A stretch of 60,125 nucleotides of DNA, counting the filler. It is 3 parts of 3 records of this genome, joined end to end, with 100 filler letters (N's around TTAATTAATTAA, not from the genome) between each part and the next. Parts side by side here need not be neighbours in the genome. Positions count along the whole stretch, not along the records: positions 1 to 26,225 come from SRR20825019_936; 2 more parts are not named here. One strand, written 5' to 3'. Below, piece after piece: positions 1 through 9,886 of this stretch (positions are counted from its first letter, which is position 1; the number at the start of each line of letters is the position of its first letter). Under the pieces are notes generated by a model. The model was not told the DNA's origin, made no database searches, and saw only the letters and a program-made list of their open reading frames with translations. The position numbers and the translations under genes are program-made.

Positions 1-2088
1 AAAGTAATCGTGTATTTCTTCTTGTTGGTCCTCATCCAGTATTTCATCTATCCAGTAACCAATGTTCAACTTGGTTCCACTGAAAACAATCTGCTCCATT
101 TCCTTGATAAGTTCCGGTAATTCCAATCCTTTGGCAGAAGCAATATCATCCAAGGGCAACTTTCTATCCACACTTTGGATCACGTAAAGTTTTAAAGCGG
201 AATTGGCTCCTGTACTTTTTACTACAAGGTCATCCGGCCGTACTATGTCGTTCTCATCCACGTATTTAGAAATCAGCTCCACGAAGGCCTTTCCATATTT
301 TTTTGCTTTTCCTTCCCCAACTCCTTGAATATTCAGAAGCTCGTTCATGGTCACTGGATACTTTAAGGACATATCTTCCAATGATGGGTCTTGAAAAACC
401 ACAAATGGCGGCACTTCATGTTTTTGCGCCTCTCGTTTGCGAAGGTCACGAAGCAATTTCAATAAATGTTCGTCCGCAACCGCTCCATTCGATTTTTCGG
501 CGGTGACAATGTTTCCGGTATCGTCCTTGGAGTACACATGGTCCTTTGTCATCATAAATGACTCTGGGTTCTCGAGGTATTCCTTACCTGATTCGGTAAG
601 GTTCAAAATACCATATCGTTCAATTTCTTTTTTTAGGAGTCCGGCCACCAAAACCTGCCTGGTCAACGCCATCCAAAATTCTTTGTCCTTATCCTTACCT
701 ATTCCAAAAAAACTTTTCTCATCGGTCTTATGCGAAGAAATCATGGCATTGGTCTTGCCGACCAGCACCCTTACAATCTCCTTGGTCTTGAACTTTTCCT
801 TGGTATCCCTTACCACACTCAGAAGTTTCACCACATCTTCCTGGGCTTCTTCTTTGGGCTTGGGGTTTCTAGAATTGTCGTCCATATCAGCTCCTTCTCC
901 GTTCTCTTCGTCAAAATCCTCACCGAAATAATGTAGTATAAATTTTCTACGGGAAATGGACGTTTCGGCATAGGCTACTATTTCCTGTAAAAGTGCATTT
1001 CCAATCTCTTGCTCCGCAACGGGCTTACCTGACATGAATTTTTCCAACTTTTCCACATCCTTGTATGCGTAATAGGCCAAACAATGCCCTTCTCCGCCGT
1101 CTCGCCCTGCTCGACCGGTTTCTTGATAATAGCTTTCAATACTTTTTGGAATATCGTGATGAATGACAAAACGGACATCGGGTTTGTCTATCCCCATACC
1201 AAAAGCAATGGTGGCCACCACCACATCTACCTCCTCCATCAAGAACATATCCTGATATTTGGAGCGGGTCTTCGCATCAAAACCTGCATGATAAGGAACG
1301 GCACTCACTCCATTTACTTGGAGCACTTGGGCCAATTCTTCCACTCTTTTGCGGCTCAAGCAATATATGATTCCAGATTTCCCCTGGTTCTGTTTAACAA
1401 AACGGATGATATCCGCATCCACATCTTTGGTTTTCGGACGCACCTCATAAAACAAATTGGGCCTATTGAACGATGCCTTGAACACCTTGGCGTCCGTCAT
1501 GCCCAAGTTTTTGATGATGTCTTCCTGTACTTTTGGAGTAGCCGTTGCCGTAAGGCCTATTATGGGGATATTGTCCCCCAAACGATTGATAATGCCGCGA
1601 AGGTTTCGGTATTCGGGCCTAAAATCGTGCCCCCATTCCGAAATACAGTGGGCTTCATCCACAGCAACAAAGGAAAGTTTTACATTTTTTAGAAACTCAA
1701 CATTTTCTTCCTTCGTCAACGATTCTGGGGCAACATAAAGCAGTTTGGTCACACCATTTGTAATGTCTTCCTTCACCTGCTTAACCTCGGTTTTCGTCAA
1801 AGAGGAGTTCAACACATGTGCAATACCATGCTGCTCGGATATGCCACGAATGGCATCCACTTGATTCTTCATCAACGCAATCAAAGGGGATACAACTATC
1901 GCCGTTCCCTCTTTCATTATTGCCGGCAGTTGATAGCACAGAGATTTCCCTCCTCCTGTGGGCATAATCACAAACGTATCATTATCACTAAGGATATTCT
2001 GGATTACACCTTCCTGTAATCCTTTGAACTTCGAGAAACCAAAATATTTTTTGAGCGAGGAATGTAAATCAGTATTCATTAGGCTCAT
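1..2088 (-). CDS. recQ: ATP-dependent DNA helicase RecQ (Bacteroidota type), 3' end runs off the window
   Basis: Not in the ORF track. Manual minus-strand translation from ATG 2088 gives MSLMNTDLHSSLKKYFGFSKFKGLQE...MPTGGGKSLCYQLPA...VDEAHCISEWGHDFRPEY...ATIAFGMGIDKPDVR...QETGRAGRDG, and the same frame reads ...DQQEEIHDYF at base 1. Confidence 0.96.
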   Translation of the reverse strand, partial: MSLMNTDLHSSLKKYFGFSKFKGLQEGVIQNILSDNDTFVIMPTGGGKSLCYQLPAIMKEGTAIVVSPLIALMKNQVDAIRGISEQHGIAHVLNSSLTKTEVKQVKEDITNGVTKLLYVAPESLTKEENVEFLKNVKLSFVAVDEAHCISEWGHDFRPEYRNLRGIINRLGDNIPIIGLTATATPKVQEDIIKNLGMTDAKVFKASFNRPNLFYEVRPKTKDVDADIIRFVKQNQGKSGIIYCLSRKRVEELAQVLQVNGVSAVPYHAGFDAKTRSKYQDMFLMEEVDVVVATIAFGMGIDKPDVRFVIHHDIPKSIESYYQETGRAGRDGGEGHCLAYYAYKDVEKLEKFMSGKPVAEQEIGNALLQEIVAYAETSISRRKFILHYFGEDFDEENGEGADMDDNSRNPKPKEEAQEDVVKLLSVVRDTKEKFKTKEIVRVLVGKTNAMISSHKTDEKSFFGIGKDKDKEFWMALTRQVLVAGLLKKEIERYGILNLTESGKEYLENPESFMMTKDHVYSKDDTGNIVTAEKSNGAVADEHLLKLLRDLRKREAQKHEVPPFVVFQDPSLEDMSLKYPVTMNELLNIQGVGEGKAKKYGKAFVELISKYVDENDIVRPDDLVVKSTGANSALKLYVIQSVDRKLPLDDIASAKGLELPELIKEMEQIVFSGTKLNIGYWIDEILDEDQQEEIHDYF

Positions 2089-2284
2089 TTCCGCATTTTT
2101 CAATTTATTACAAGCAACCTAAACGGCAGTTGAAGCTTTTAATATTTACCATTCAATTACAGATGGATCTATTCTCACTTCCATAATAGTCTGTAAAAGA
2201 TAGTTTGATTAGTTTTGTAATCTTAAATATAAGACATTCTTTTAGGAATGCAATCAGTTAATCGGTTTATTACATTATTATACT

Positions 2285-3250
2285 TTGAGCGACATTAAGT
2301 CAATTTTATCCATAGCAAAACGCACTCTCGAAATCGAGAGCAAAGCCGTAGCAAATTTGATTAGCCTTTTGGACGACCAGTTTGCGTATGCCGTACAGCA
2401 CATTTTACAGTGCAACGGAAGAGTTATCGTATCAGGGGTCGGCAAAAGTGCCATAGTTGCCTCCAAAATTGTAGCAACATTGAACTCCACAGGAACGCCT
2501 GCCATTTTTATGCACGCGGCGGATGCCATTCATGGTGATTTGGGAACCATTCAAGAAAACGATGTGGTCATCTGCCTATCCCAGAGCGGCAATACCCCTG
2601 AGATAAAAGCATTGCTCCCCCTGATCAAAGTTGGAAAAAATAAGCTCATCGGCATTACAGGAAATATGGAATCCGTTCTGGCCAAACAGGCTGATTTTGT
2701 ACTGAACACCTATGTGGAGAAAGAAGCGTGCCCCAACAATTTGGCGCCTACCACCAGCACCTCGGCACAAATGTCCATGGGTGATGCCCTCGCCATTTGC
2801 CTTTTGGAACTCAAGGGATTTAGCAGTTCCGATTTTGCCAAATATCACCCCGGTGGTGCTTTGGGAAAGAAGTTATATTTGCGCGTTGGCGACATTGTGG
2901 CCAACAATCAAAAACCACAGGTCGATATCAATGCCAAGGTAAAAGATGTAATTGTGGAAATATCCGAAAAAATGCTCGGTGTTACGGCAGTATTGGACCA
3001 AGAAAAGGTTGTGGGCATAGTAACTGATGGCGATGTACGAAGAATGTTGAGCAAATACGATAATATAAGTGGACTTACTGCGAAAGACATTATGACCTCG
3101 AACCCTAAGACGATAGACGTGGACACTTTGGCCGTGAAAGCGTTGAATCTGTTACAGGAAAAGAGCATATCGCAATTGTTGGCCTTTGATGGTGACAAAT
3201 ATGCCGGCGTGGTCCACATTCATAACCTTATAAACGAGGGAATCCTATAA
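2285..3250 (+). CDS. kdsD: KpsF/GutQ family arabinose-5-phosphate isomerase (SIS + 2 CBS)
   Basis: GVGKS, DAIHGDLG, EACPNNLAPTTST and HPGGALG motifs; C-terminal CBS pair; TTG start. Confidence 0.93.
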   Translation: MSDIKSILSIAKRTLEIESKAVANLISLLDDQFAYAVQHILQCNGRVIVSGVGKSAIVASKIVATLNSTGTPAIFMHAADAIHGDLGTIQENDVVICLSQSGNTPEIKALLPLIKVGKNKLIGITGNMESVLAKQADFVLNTYVEKEACPNNLAPTTSTSAQMSMGDALAICLLELKGFSSSDFAKYHPGGALGKKLYLRVGDIVANNQKPQVDINAKVKDVIVEISEKMLGVTAVLDQEKVVGIVTDGDVRRMLSKYDNISGLTAKDIMTSNPKTIDVDTLAVKALNLLQEKSISQLLAFDGDKYAGVVHIHNLINEGIL

Positions 3251-4092
3251 TGGCTAAAAAAGAGAGAAAAAGTCCAGATGAAATGTCCTTTTTGGACCAT
3301 TTGGAAGAATTACGTTGGCATCTGGTACGTTCCACTTTGGCAGTAGTGATCATTGCCTGTGTAGCCTTTGTATTCAGGGGCTTTATTTTTGATACAATAT
3401 TGTTCGGGCCCAAGAACATGGATTTCCCGACCTATCAGTTCTTTTGCAATATTGGAAAATTCTTCGGAGTGGATTCCGAATTCTGTGGAGACACCATCCC
3501 CTTCACCATTCAGAGTAGGTTGATGGCCGGACAGTTTTCCGCACATATCTGGACATCAATTTGGGCAGGGGTTATTCTGGGCTTCCCTTATATTTTATGG
3601 GAATTATGGAAATTTATCAGTCCAGGACTTTACGAAAACGAAAGAAAGCATTCCAGAGGATTCATCATTACGGCCTCAGGGTTGTTCTTCCTTGGCGTAC
3701 TCTTCGGTTATTACATCGTTGCACCATTGTCCATCAACTTTTTGGGGTCGTACCAAGTAAGTAAAGAGGTATTGAACGAAATCGACCTTGCTTCCTACAT
3801 TGGAACGGTAAGGGCTTCTGTAATTGCTTGTGGGATTATGTTTGAACTGCCCATCGTTATTTTCTTTTTGACCAAGGTTGGGTTGGTAACTCCAGAAATC
3901 CTGAAGAAATACAGAAAGATAGCTTTGGTAATAATCTTGATACTGTCCGCAATCATTACACCACCGGATATAACAAGTCAAATCATTGTCTGTATTCCTG
4001 TACTTATATTGTATCAGGTAAGTATTTTTATTTCCAGAATGGTAGTCAGACAAGAAGCCAAAAAAGAGAAAGCTAGAAAAAATGCCAAATAA
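3250..4092 (+). CDS. tatC: Twin-arginine translocase subunit TatC
   Basis: MSFLDHLEELR, FISPGLYENE, FELP and ITPPD motifs; multiple TM helices. Confidence 0.96.
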   Translation: MAKKERKSPDEMSFLDHLEELRWHLVRSTLAVVIIACVAFVFRGFIFDTILFGPKNMDFPTYQFFCNIGKFFGVDSEFCGDTIPFTIQSRLMAGQFSAHIWTSIWAGVILGFPYILWELWKFISPGLYENERKHSRGFIITASGLFFLGVLFGYYIVAPLSINFLGSYQVSKEVLNEIDLASYIGTVRASVIACGIMFELPIVIFFLTKVGLVTPEILKKYRKIALVIILILSAIITPPDITSQIIVCIPVLILYQVSIFISRMVVRQEAKKEKARKNAK

Positions 4093-4432
4093 AGTAGAAG
4101 AGTTCAATGCCTATCGTGCCAAGATGAACGATAAGCTGCTTGCCGAGAACAACAAACTCATCAAACGGATTTTCAACTTGGATACCAACGCCTATATGGC
4201 CGGTGCTTTGGACGTAAAGACCAAAGAGCTCCTAGGCCTGGTAGCCTCCGCAGTTCTCCGTTGCGACGATTGTGTAAAGTATCACTTGGAGAGCTCCAAA
4301 AAAGCCGGTGCCAATAAGGAAGAGGTAATGGAAACCCTTGGCATCGCCACCCTGGTGGGCGGAACTATTGTAGTCCCACATTTGCGACGTGCCTACGAAT
4401 ATTGGGAAGACTTGGAAGAAACCGAAGCTTAA
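4082..4432 (+). CDS. Carboxymuconolactone decarboxylase/AhpD family protein
   Basis: GALDVKTKELLGLVASAVLRCDDC (CxxC) signature. Confidence 0.88.
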   Translation: MPNKVEEFNAYRAKMNDKLLAENNKLIKRIFNLDTNAYMAGALDVKTKELLGLVASAVLRCDDCVKYHLESSKKAGANKEEVMETLGIATLVGGTIVVPHLRRAYEYWEDLEETEA

Positions 4433-4489
4433 AAAAATCCAAAAGACCATTCGGTAGACAAAGAATATGTTTAGTTTTGGCAAATTCCT

Positions 4490-5230
4490 ATGAAGCTACG
4501 CGCAGAAAATATAATGAAGGCCTACCGAGGCCGAAAAGTTGTTAAGGGAATTTCCCTAGAAGTAAACCAAGGCGAAATTGTTGGACTGCTAGGTCCAAAT
4601 GGAGCTGGGAAGACCACATCTTTCTATATGATCGTTGGTTTGATAAAACCCAATGGCGGGAATATCTATCTGGATGATATGAACATTACCAGTTTCCCCA
4701 TGTACAAAAGGGCGCAGAATGGCATTGGTTATTTAGCGCAAGAAGCATCGGTTTTCCGAAAATTGAGCATTGAAAAAAACATCCTGAGTGTGTTGCAGCT
4801 TACCAAATTGAGTAAAAAGGAGCAACATATGAAGATGGAGTCCCTGATCGATGAGTTCGGTCTTGGACATATCCGCAAAAACCGTGGCGACCTGCTCTCA
4901 GGGGGTGAACGTCGTAGAACTGAGATTGCACGTGCATTGGCCACCGACCCTAAATTTATTCTTTTGGACGAACCCTTTGCCGGGGTCGACCCCGTAGCGG
5001 TGGAGGATATTCAGCGAATCGTGGCCCAGTTGAAGAACAAAAACATCGGTATTTTAATCACCGACCACAATGTTCAGGAAACCTTGGCCATTACCGAACG
5101 CTCCTATCTTATGTTCGAAGGTGGTATCCTCAAAGCTGGCATCCCCGAGGAACTTGCCATGGATGAAATGGTGAGAAAGGTCTACTTGGGTCAAAACTTT
5201 GAGCTACGTAAAAAGAAATTGGATTTTTAA
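4490..5230 (+). CDS. lptB: LPS export ABC transporter ATP-binding protein
   Basis: [46 protein letters not shown]. Confidence 0.96.
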   Translation: MKLRAENIMKAYRGRKVVKGISLEVNQGEIVGLLGPNGAGKTTSFYMIVGLIKPNGGNIYLDDMNITSFPMYKRAQNGIGYLAQEASVFRKLSIEKNILSVLQLTKLSKKEQHMKMESLIDEFGLGHIRKNRGDLLSGGERRRTEIARALATDPKFILLDEPFAGVDPVAVEDIQRIVAQLKNKNIGILITDHNVQETLAITERSYLMFEGGILKAGIPEELAMDEMVRKVYLGQNFELRKKKLDF

Positions 5231-5232
5231 AT

Positions 5233-5958
5233 CTACTTCTCGGATGGCATTAATAAAGAAGCCAAAACATAAAAAAGTATGATCACCGGTATAGCCAAAA
5301 ACCGTAAGGTCAAAAGCAATACCAAGCTGCCAATGATAAACAAATAGCGAATACCGTTATCTTTAAAACCCCAATTTTTAAACTTTAGAGCAAAAAGTTT
5401 GATGGGCGAGTTCAACAAATACGAGCTCAAAACCGTCAAAATCACCAAAAACCATGGGTTAAGGATGATATTGCTCAATGTATCGTTATTATGATACAGA
5501 AGAATCATGGGCAACGAAAGAATCAAAAGAGCATTGGCCGGTGTTGGCAATCCTACAAAAGAAGAGACTTGATTCTCATCCACATTAAATTTGGCCAATC
5601 TGTAGGCAGAGGCCAAGGTGATGGCAAAGCCCACAAAAGGCAACAGGGTGATTTCTGCATCGTGACCAATGAAACCAAGGTTCCAACCGCCGCGTTCCGC
5701 CATGCTCAACAATTGGAACATAACCACACCCGGTACCAGCCCACTGGTGATCACATCGGCCAAGGAATCCAATTGCACACCTATTTCGCTCTGTACACCA
5801 AGCAGTCGTGCAGCAAGACCATCAAAAAAGTCAAAGAAAATCCCGATAAACACAAAAAGCGCGGCCCACTCTAAATGATTGAGCACCGCGAACACCGTGG
5901 CAACACAACCACTTAATACATTGAGCAAGGTTAAAAAATTGGGAATATAGGACTTCAT
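5233..5958 (-). CDS. pssA: CDP-alcohol phosphatidyltransferase (phosphatidylserine synthase-like)
   Basis: DFFDGLAARLLGVQSEIGVQLDSLAD signature, RLAKFN, FVGLPTPA. Confidence 0.88.
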   Translation of the reverse strand: MKSYIPNFLTLLNVLSGCVATVFAVLNHLEWAALFVFIGIFFDFFDGLAARLLGVQSEIGVQLDSLADVITSGLVPGVVMFQLLSMAERGGWNLGFIGHDAEITLLPFVGFAITLASAYRLAKFNVDENQVSSFVGLPTPANALLILSLPMILLYHNNDTLSNIILNPWFLVILTVLSSYLLNSPIKLFALKFKNWGFKDNGIRYLFIIGSLVLLLTLRFLAIPVIILFYVLASLLMPSEK

Positions 5959-6059
5959 GAAATTAGATTTCCGTAAAAATAAAGGAAAAATTAAACTGTG
6001 TACAACGGATAGTAGACCGAGTCGTTTTTATTATGATATTTGTTCTGATAAAATACATA

Positions 6060-7229
6060 ATGAAAAGAAAGCTGCACTTATTATTTTTTTGCTTTGCCAT
6101 TGGGAACTTTCTATTTTCCCAGACCCCGCAGCTCACTGAAAACTCTAAAGTAAGCTTGCTCACCTGTGCGGCTGGCGACGAACTCTATTACGCTTTTGGC
6201 CACAGTGCTTTCCGGGTACAAGATTCTTCTTTGGGAATAGATGTAGTCTATAATTACGGGACATTTGATTTCAATCAACCAAACTTTTACCTAAATTTCA
6301 CCAAGGGCAGAATGATCTATTCCCTTTCTCGTAGAAGTTTTGAAGCATTCCTTTACGAATACGAATTGGAAAAAAGATGGGTAAAAGAGCAAATTTTAGA
6401 CCTAAGCATACAACAACGCAACCAACTCCTCGCTTTTTTTGAAGAAAACTATCTGCCCGAAAACAGGGATTACCTATATGACCCGTTGTTGAACAACTGT
6501 TCCAGCATTACGGGAGATATCTTAAAAGAACAATTTGGTGAAGCCATTGTTTTTGATGGTTCATATCTCGAGAAACAATATACTTTTCGCCAGCTGGTAA
6601 GGCAGTTTATGGATGTAAACACATGGTCCATGTTTGGTATTGACCTCGCTTTTGGCTCGCCTGTGGACAGAAAGGCCACGGTTCAGGAACATATGTTTTT
6701 GCCTTATTACGCTATGGAGCAGCTACGGCACACCACCTTGAACGGAAAACCTTTGGTAAAAAGGGAGCGTACCATTTTAGACTATAGCGAGCATACCCAA
6801 AAAAGTTTTTTTCCGCTCTCCCCCCTATTTTGGTTTTTGATGTTCTTGGCTTTTACGGCCGTCATCACCTATTTTGATCACAAACACAAGACACGTAGCC
6901 GCTGGCTGGATTTTTCGCTACTATTCATTACAGGATTGGCAGGAACCTTTCTATTCTTACTCTGGGTAGCAGCAGACCACACATCCACCCCTTATAATTT
7001 TAATATTTTATGGGCATTCCCAACCAACGCAATCGTGGCTTTCGCCTTGGTTTTTCAAGATAAAATACCCCAATGGGCTCCAAAATACCTGTGGGCGGCT
7101 CTGGGGTTAATGGGCATAGTACTTTTGCTTTGGATAATTAAGATCCAGATTTTTTCTCCTGTCCTTATTCCTTTACTTTTGACGATGGCCATTCGATACC
7201 TGTACATCATCAGGTATTCCAAATTATAG
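6060..7229 (+). CDS. DUF4105 membrane protein, lipoprotein N-acyltransferase Lnb-like
   Basis: Signal-like N-terminus; SLLTC...FGHSA...YNYGTFDF and YDPLLNNC motifs; C-terminal TM helices; start could be 6033 or 6060. Confidence 0.75.
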   Translation: MKRKLHLLFFCFAIGNFLFSQTPQLTENSKVSLLTCAAGDELYYAFGHSAFRVQDSSLGIDVVYNYGTFDFNQPNFYLNFTKGRMIYSLSRRSFEAFLYEYELEKRWVKEQILDLSIQQRNQLLAFFEENYLPENRDYLYDPLLNNCSSITGDILKEQFGEAIVFDGSYLEKQYTFRQLVRQFMDVNTWSMFGIDLAFGSPVDRKATVQEHMFLPYYAMEQLRHTTLNGKPLVKRERTILDYSEHTQKSFFPLSPLFWFLMFLAFTAVITYFDHKHKTRSRWLDFSLLFITGLAGTFLFLLWVAADHTSTPYNFNILWAFPTNAIVAFALVFQDKIPQWAPKYLWAALGLMGIVLLLWIIKIQIFSPVLIPLLLTMAIRYLYIIRYSKL

Positions 7230-7250
7230 ATCGGCCCACAAACAAAACCC

Positions 7251-9122
7251 ATGAACTTACTAACGGTCGAAAACATATCAAAATCGTATGGGGAGCTGGT
7301 GCTCTTCTCCGATATTTCCTTTGGAATCAACAAGGACCAAAAGATTGCTCTTATTGCCAAAAACGGAAGCGGCAAAACCTCCATTCTCAATATCATGTCG
7401 GGAAAGGATACTTCCGAAACAGGCCAAGTAACTACCCGAAAAGGCATCAAAATCTCTTTTTTGGAGCAAGAACCCGACCTGAACCCGAACTTGACCATTG
7501 AGGAGACCATTTTTACTACCGACAATGAAATTCTGAAAGTAATTGCCAACTACGAAAAAGCAGTTGAGAACCCGGAGAATACAGAGCAGTACCAAAAAGC
7601 CTTCGAGGCCATGGACCGACTCAATGCCTGGGATTTTGAAACGCAGTACAAACAAATCCTCTTTCAATTACAGCTTTCCAAGCTCGATGCTAAAGTGAGC
7701 ACCCTCTCAGGCGGACAAAAAAAGCGATTGGCCCTGGCCAACGCCCTCCTCAACAAACCCGACTTGATGATCTTGGATGAGCCTACCAACCACTTGGACC
7801 TTGAAATGATCGAGTGGTTGGAAGCATACTTCGCCAAGGAAAGCATCACCCTGTTTATGGTTACGCACGACCGCTATTTTTTGGATAGGGTTTGTAATGA
7901 GATATTGGAACTGGACAACAACCAACTATATACCTACAAGGGCAATTACTCCTATTACCTGAGTGAAAAGGAGGCCCGGATGGAACGTGAGGCCGTGGAG
8001 CAGCAAAAGACCAAAATGCTGTACAAAAAAGAATTGGACTGGATGCGCAGACAACCCAAGGCCCGTACCACAAAATCCAAATCCCGTATTGATGATTTTG
8101 CCGAAATCAAACAGCGGGCCCATCAAAGGCGCCAAGAGCACGAGGTACAATTAGAGCTGAACATGGAACGGATGGGAAGCAAGATCTTGGAGCTGCACAA
8201 TATTTCAAAATCCTATGGCGATAAGACCATCCTAAACAAATTTGACTACAACTTCACCAAAGGTGAACGTGTTGGCATTATTGGTAAAAACGGTACGGGG
8301 AAATCCACATTTTTGAACATCATAACCCAACAAGAGGGTGTCGAGGGCGGTAAAGTAGTGGTCGGTGATACCGTAAAGTTCGGGTACTATACACAAAAAG
8401 GAATCCATGTTAAAGAAGGGCAAAAAGTAATCGATGTCATTCGGGAATTTGGTGATTTCATTCCTTTGAAGAAAGGACGCCAAATATCCGCACAGCAATT
8501 ACTGGAGCGGTTTCTTTTCGACCGTAAAAAACAATACGATTTTGTTGAAAAATTGAGCGGCGGTGAACGTAAACGACTGTATTTATGTACCGTGCTCATT
8601 CAAAATCCGAACTTCCTTATTCTGGATGAACCTACCAACGATTTGGACATTGTTACGTTGAATGTTTTGGAAAGCTTTTTGTTGGATTTTCCCGGATGCT
8701 TGATCGTGGTCTCCCACGACCGTTATTTTATGGACAAAATCGTGGATCACTTATTTGTGTTCCGTGGAGAAGGTGTTATTGAAGATTTTCCTGGCAACTA
8801 CTCGGATTACCGGACCTACGAGAGCAGTAAAATACTAGAGGAACGCGAAAACAAGAACACTTCTTCAGAAAAAACCGAGAACAATTGGCGGGACACCAGC
8901 AGCGGCAAACTGTCTTATTCGGAACAAAAGGAATACAAACAATTGGAAAAGGACATTCAAAAACTGGAAGAGAAAAAAGTAGTGCTCCAGAATAAGTTCA
9001 CCGACCCTGAACTAGATGGGGACGAAATTGCCAACCTTTCCATTGAACTTAAAGAAGTAACCGACGCCATCGAAGAAAAAACAGAACGCTGGTTCGAGCT
9101 TTCTTCCATTTTAGAAGGATAA
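7251..9122 (+). CDS. ABC-F family ATP-binding protein (Uup-like)
   Basis: Two ABC cassettes (NGSGKT/LSGGQ/DEPTNHLD and NGTGKST/LSGGE/DEPTNDLD), no TM segments, C-terminal coiled coil. Confidence 0.93.
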   Translation: MNLLTVENISKSYGELVLFSDISFGINKDQKIALIAKNGSGKTSILNIMSGKDTSETGQVTTRKGIKISFLEQEPDLNPNLTIEETIFTTDNEILKVIANYEKAVENPENTEQYQKAFEAMDRLNAWDFETQYKQILFQLQLSKLDAKVSTLSGGQKKRLALANALLNKPDLMILDEPTNHLDLEMIEWLEAYFAKESITLFMVTHDRYFLDRVCNEILELDNNQLYTYKGNYSYYLSEKEARMEREAVEQQKTKMLYKKELDWMRRQPKARTTKSKSRIDDFAEIKQRAHQRRQEHEVQLELNMERMGSKILELHNISKSYGDKTILNKFDYNFTKGERVGIIGKNGTGKSTFLNIITQQEGVEGGKVVVGDTVKFGYYTQKGIHVKEGQKVIDVIREFGDFIPLKKGRQISAQQLLERFLFDRKKQYDFVEKLSGGERKRLYLCTVLIQNPNFLILDEPTNDLDIVTLNVLESFLLDFPGCLIVVSHDRYFMDKIVDHLFVFRGEGVIEDFPGNYSDYRTYESSKILEERENKNTSSEKTENNWRDTSSGKLSYSEQKEYKQLEKDIQKLEEKKVVLQNKFTDPELDGDEIANLSIELKEVTDAIEEKTERWFELSSILEG

Positions 9123-9124
9123 AA

Positions 9125-9625
9125 ATGTGGTTCCGATTCATTTCATATCTAATTTTTTTAGCCAAATCCACCAATCAGCATGGCGTGCACTCCCCTTTTG
9201 TGTACCAGTACGTCACAAAATGTCTTTATTCCAAAAAAAAGTTACATAAGAACAAAAGCATCAATGTACTTCTCAAGACCATCGGCTATTTTGGCTTTCA
9301 AAATGTCAGCATTAAAAATACTCCTGAAGTCAAAGAATTGGTCAAACAGAATTTTCCTCATATCCAATTTGAAGAAAACACGGTCGACCTTCTTTATGTG
9401 GATAAAATAGATATGCTGTTATTTCAAAAAATATGCTATGAAGGAAAGTTGCACAACGACAGTCTTATCTTGATTGGCTCCATGTATAAAAACAAGGGAA
9501 CTTTAGACCAATGGAAACATTTGATTGCCTTACCAGAAATCACCGTAAGCATAGATATGTATTATTGCGGCCTTATTTCCATCCGAAGGGAACAGGTAAA
9601 GGAACATTTCACGATTCGGATTTAA
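9125..9625 (+). CDS. Hypothetical protein resembling a shortened Bacteroidota class I methyltransferase-like family member
   Basis: N-terminal STNQHGVHSPFVY and C-terminal VSID...REQVKEHFTIR motifs; no evident glycine-rich SAM motif. Confidence 0.55.
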   Translation: MWFRFISYLIFLAKSTNQHGVHSPFVYQYVTKCLYSKKKLHKNKSINVLLKTIGYFGFQNVSIKNTPEVKELVKQNFPHIQFEENTVDLLYVDKIDMLLFQKICYEGKLHNDSLILIGSMYKNKGTLDQWKHLIALPEITVSIDMYYCGLISIRREQVKEHFTIRI

Positions 9626-9642
9626 AACGGTAATTTTAGGTT

Positions 9643-9807
9643 ATGGAAAATCTAGCATCAGACAACACCATTTGGTATGTTTTGGCCGTTTTGGGGCTTA
9701 TTTATCTGATTATTTTGTTCAGAAACAGAAAAGGAACCAAACGCCGAAAGTCCCGTAAGTTTATGGAGGGCAAACGCCAACACGACAAGAACAATGAACA
9801 ATATTAG
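9643..9807 (+). CDS. Small single-pass membrane protein (54 aa)
   Basis: Manual translation MENLASDNTIWYVLAVLGLIYLIILFRNRKGTKRRKSRKFMEGKRQHDKNNEQY*; TM helix followed by a basic tail; fills the gap in a co-directional run. Confidence 0.7.
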   Translation: MENLASDNTIWYVLAVLGLIYLIILFRNRKGTKRRKSRKFMEGKRQHDKNNEQY

Positions 9808-9829
9808 CCAGAAATACAGATAAGCATCC

Positions 9830-9882
9830 CTGACTACTGACTACTAACTACTGACTACTAACTACTGACTACTGACTACTGA
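9830..9882. repeat. Heptamer tandem repeat CT(G/A)ACTA x7 plus a partial unit
   Basis: ctgacta ctgacta ctaacta ctgacta ctaacta ctgacta ctgacta ctga, read directly from the sequence. Confidence 0.95.
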
Positions 9883-9886
9883 AAAA

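Noticed and set aside
303..2019. Plus-strand ORFs 437..931, 1084..1692 and others
   Set aside because: Antisense shadows of recQ, which is missing from the track only because its stop lies outside the window
9830..9882. CRISPR array in the 7-bp or 11-bp (30958-31011) repeats
   Set aside because: Units are too short and contiguous, with no unique spacers and no cas genes
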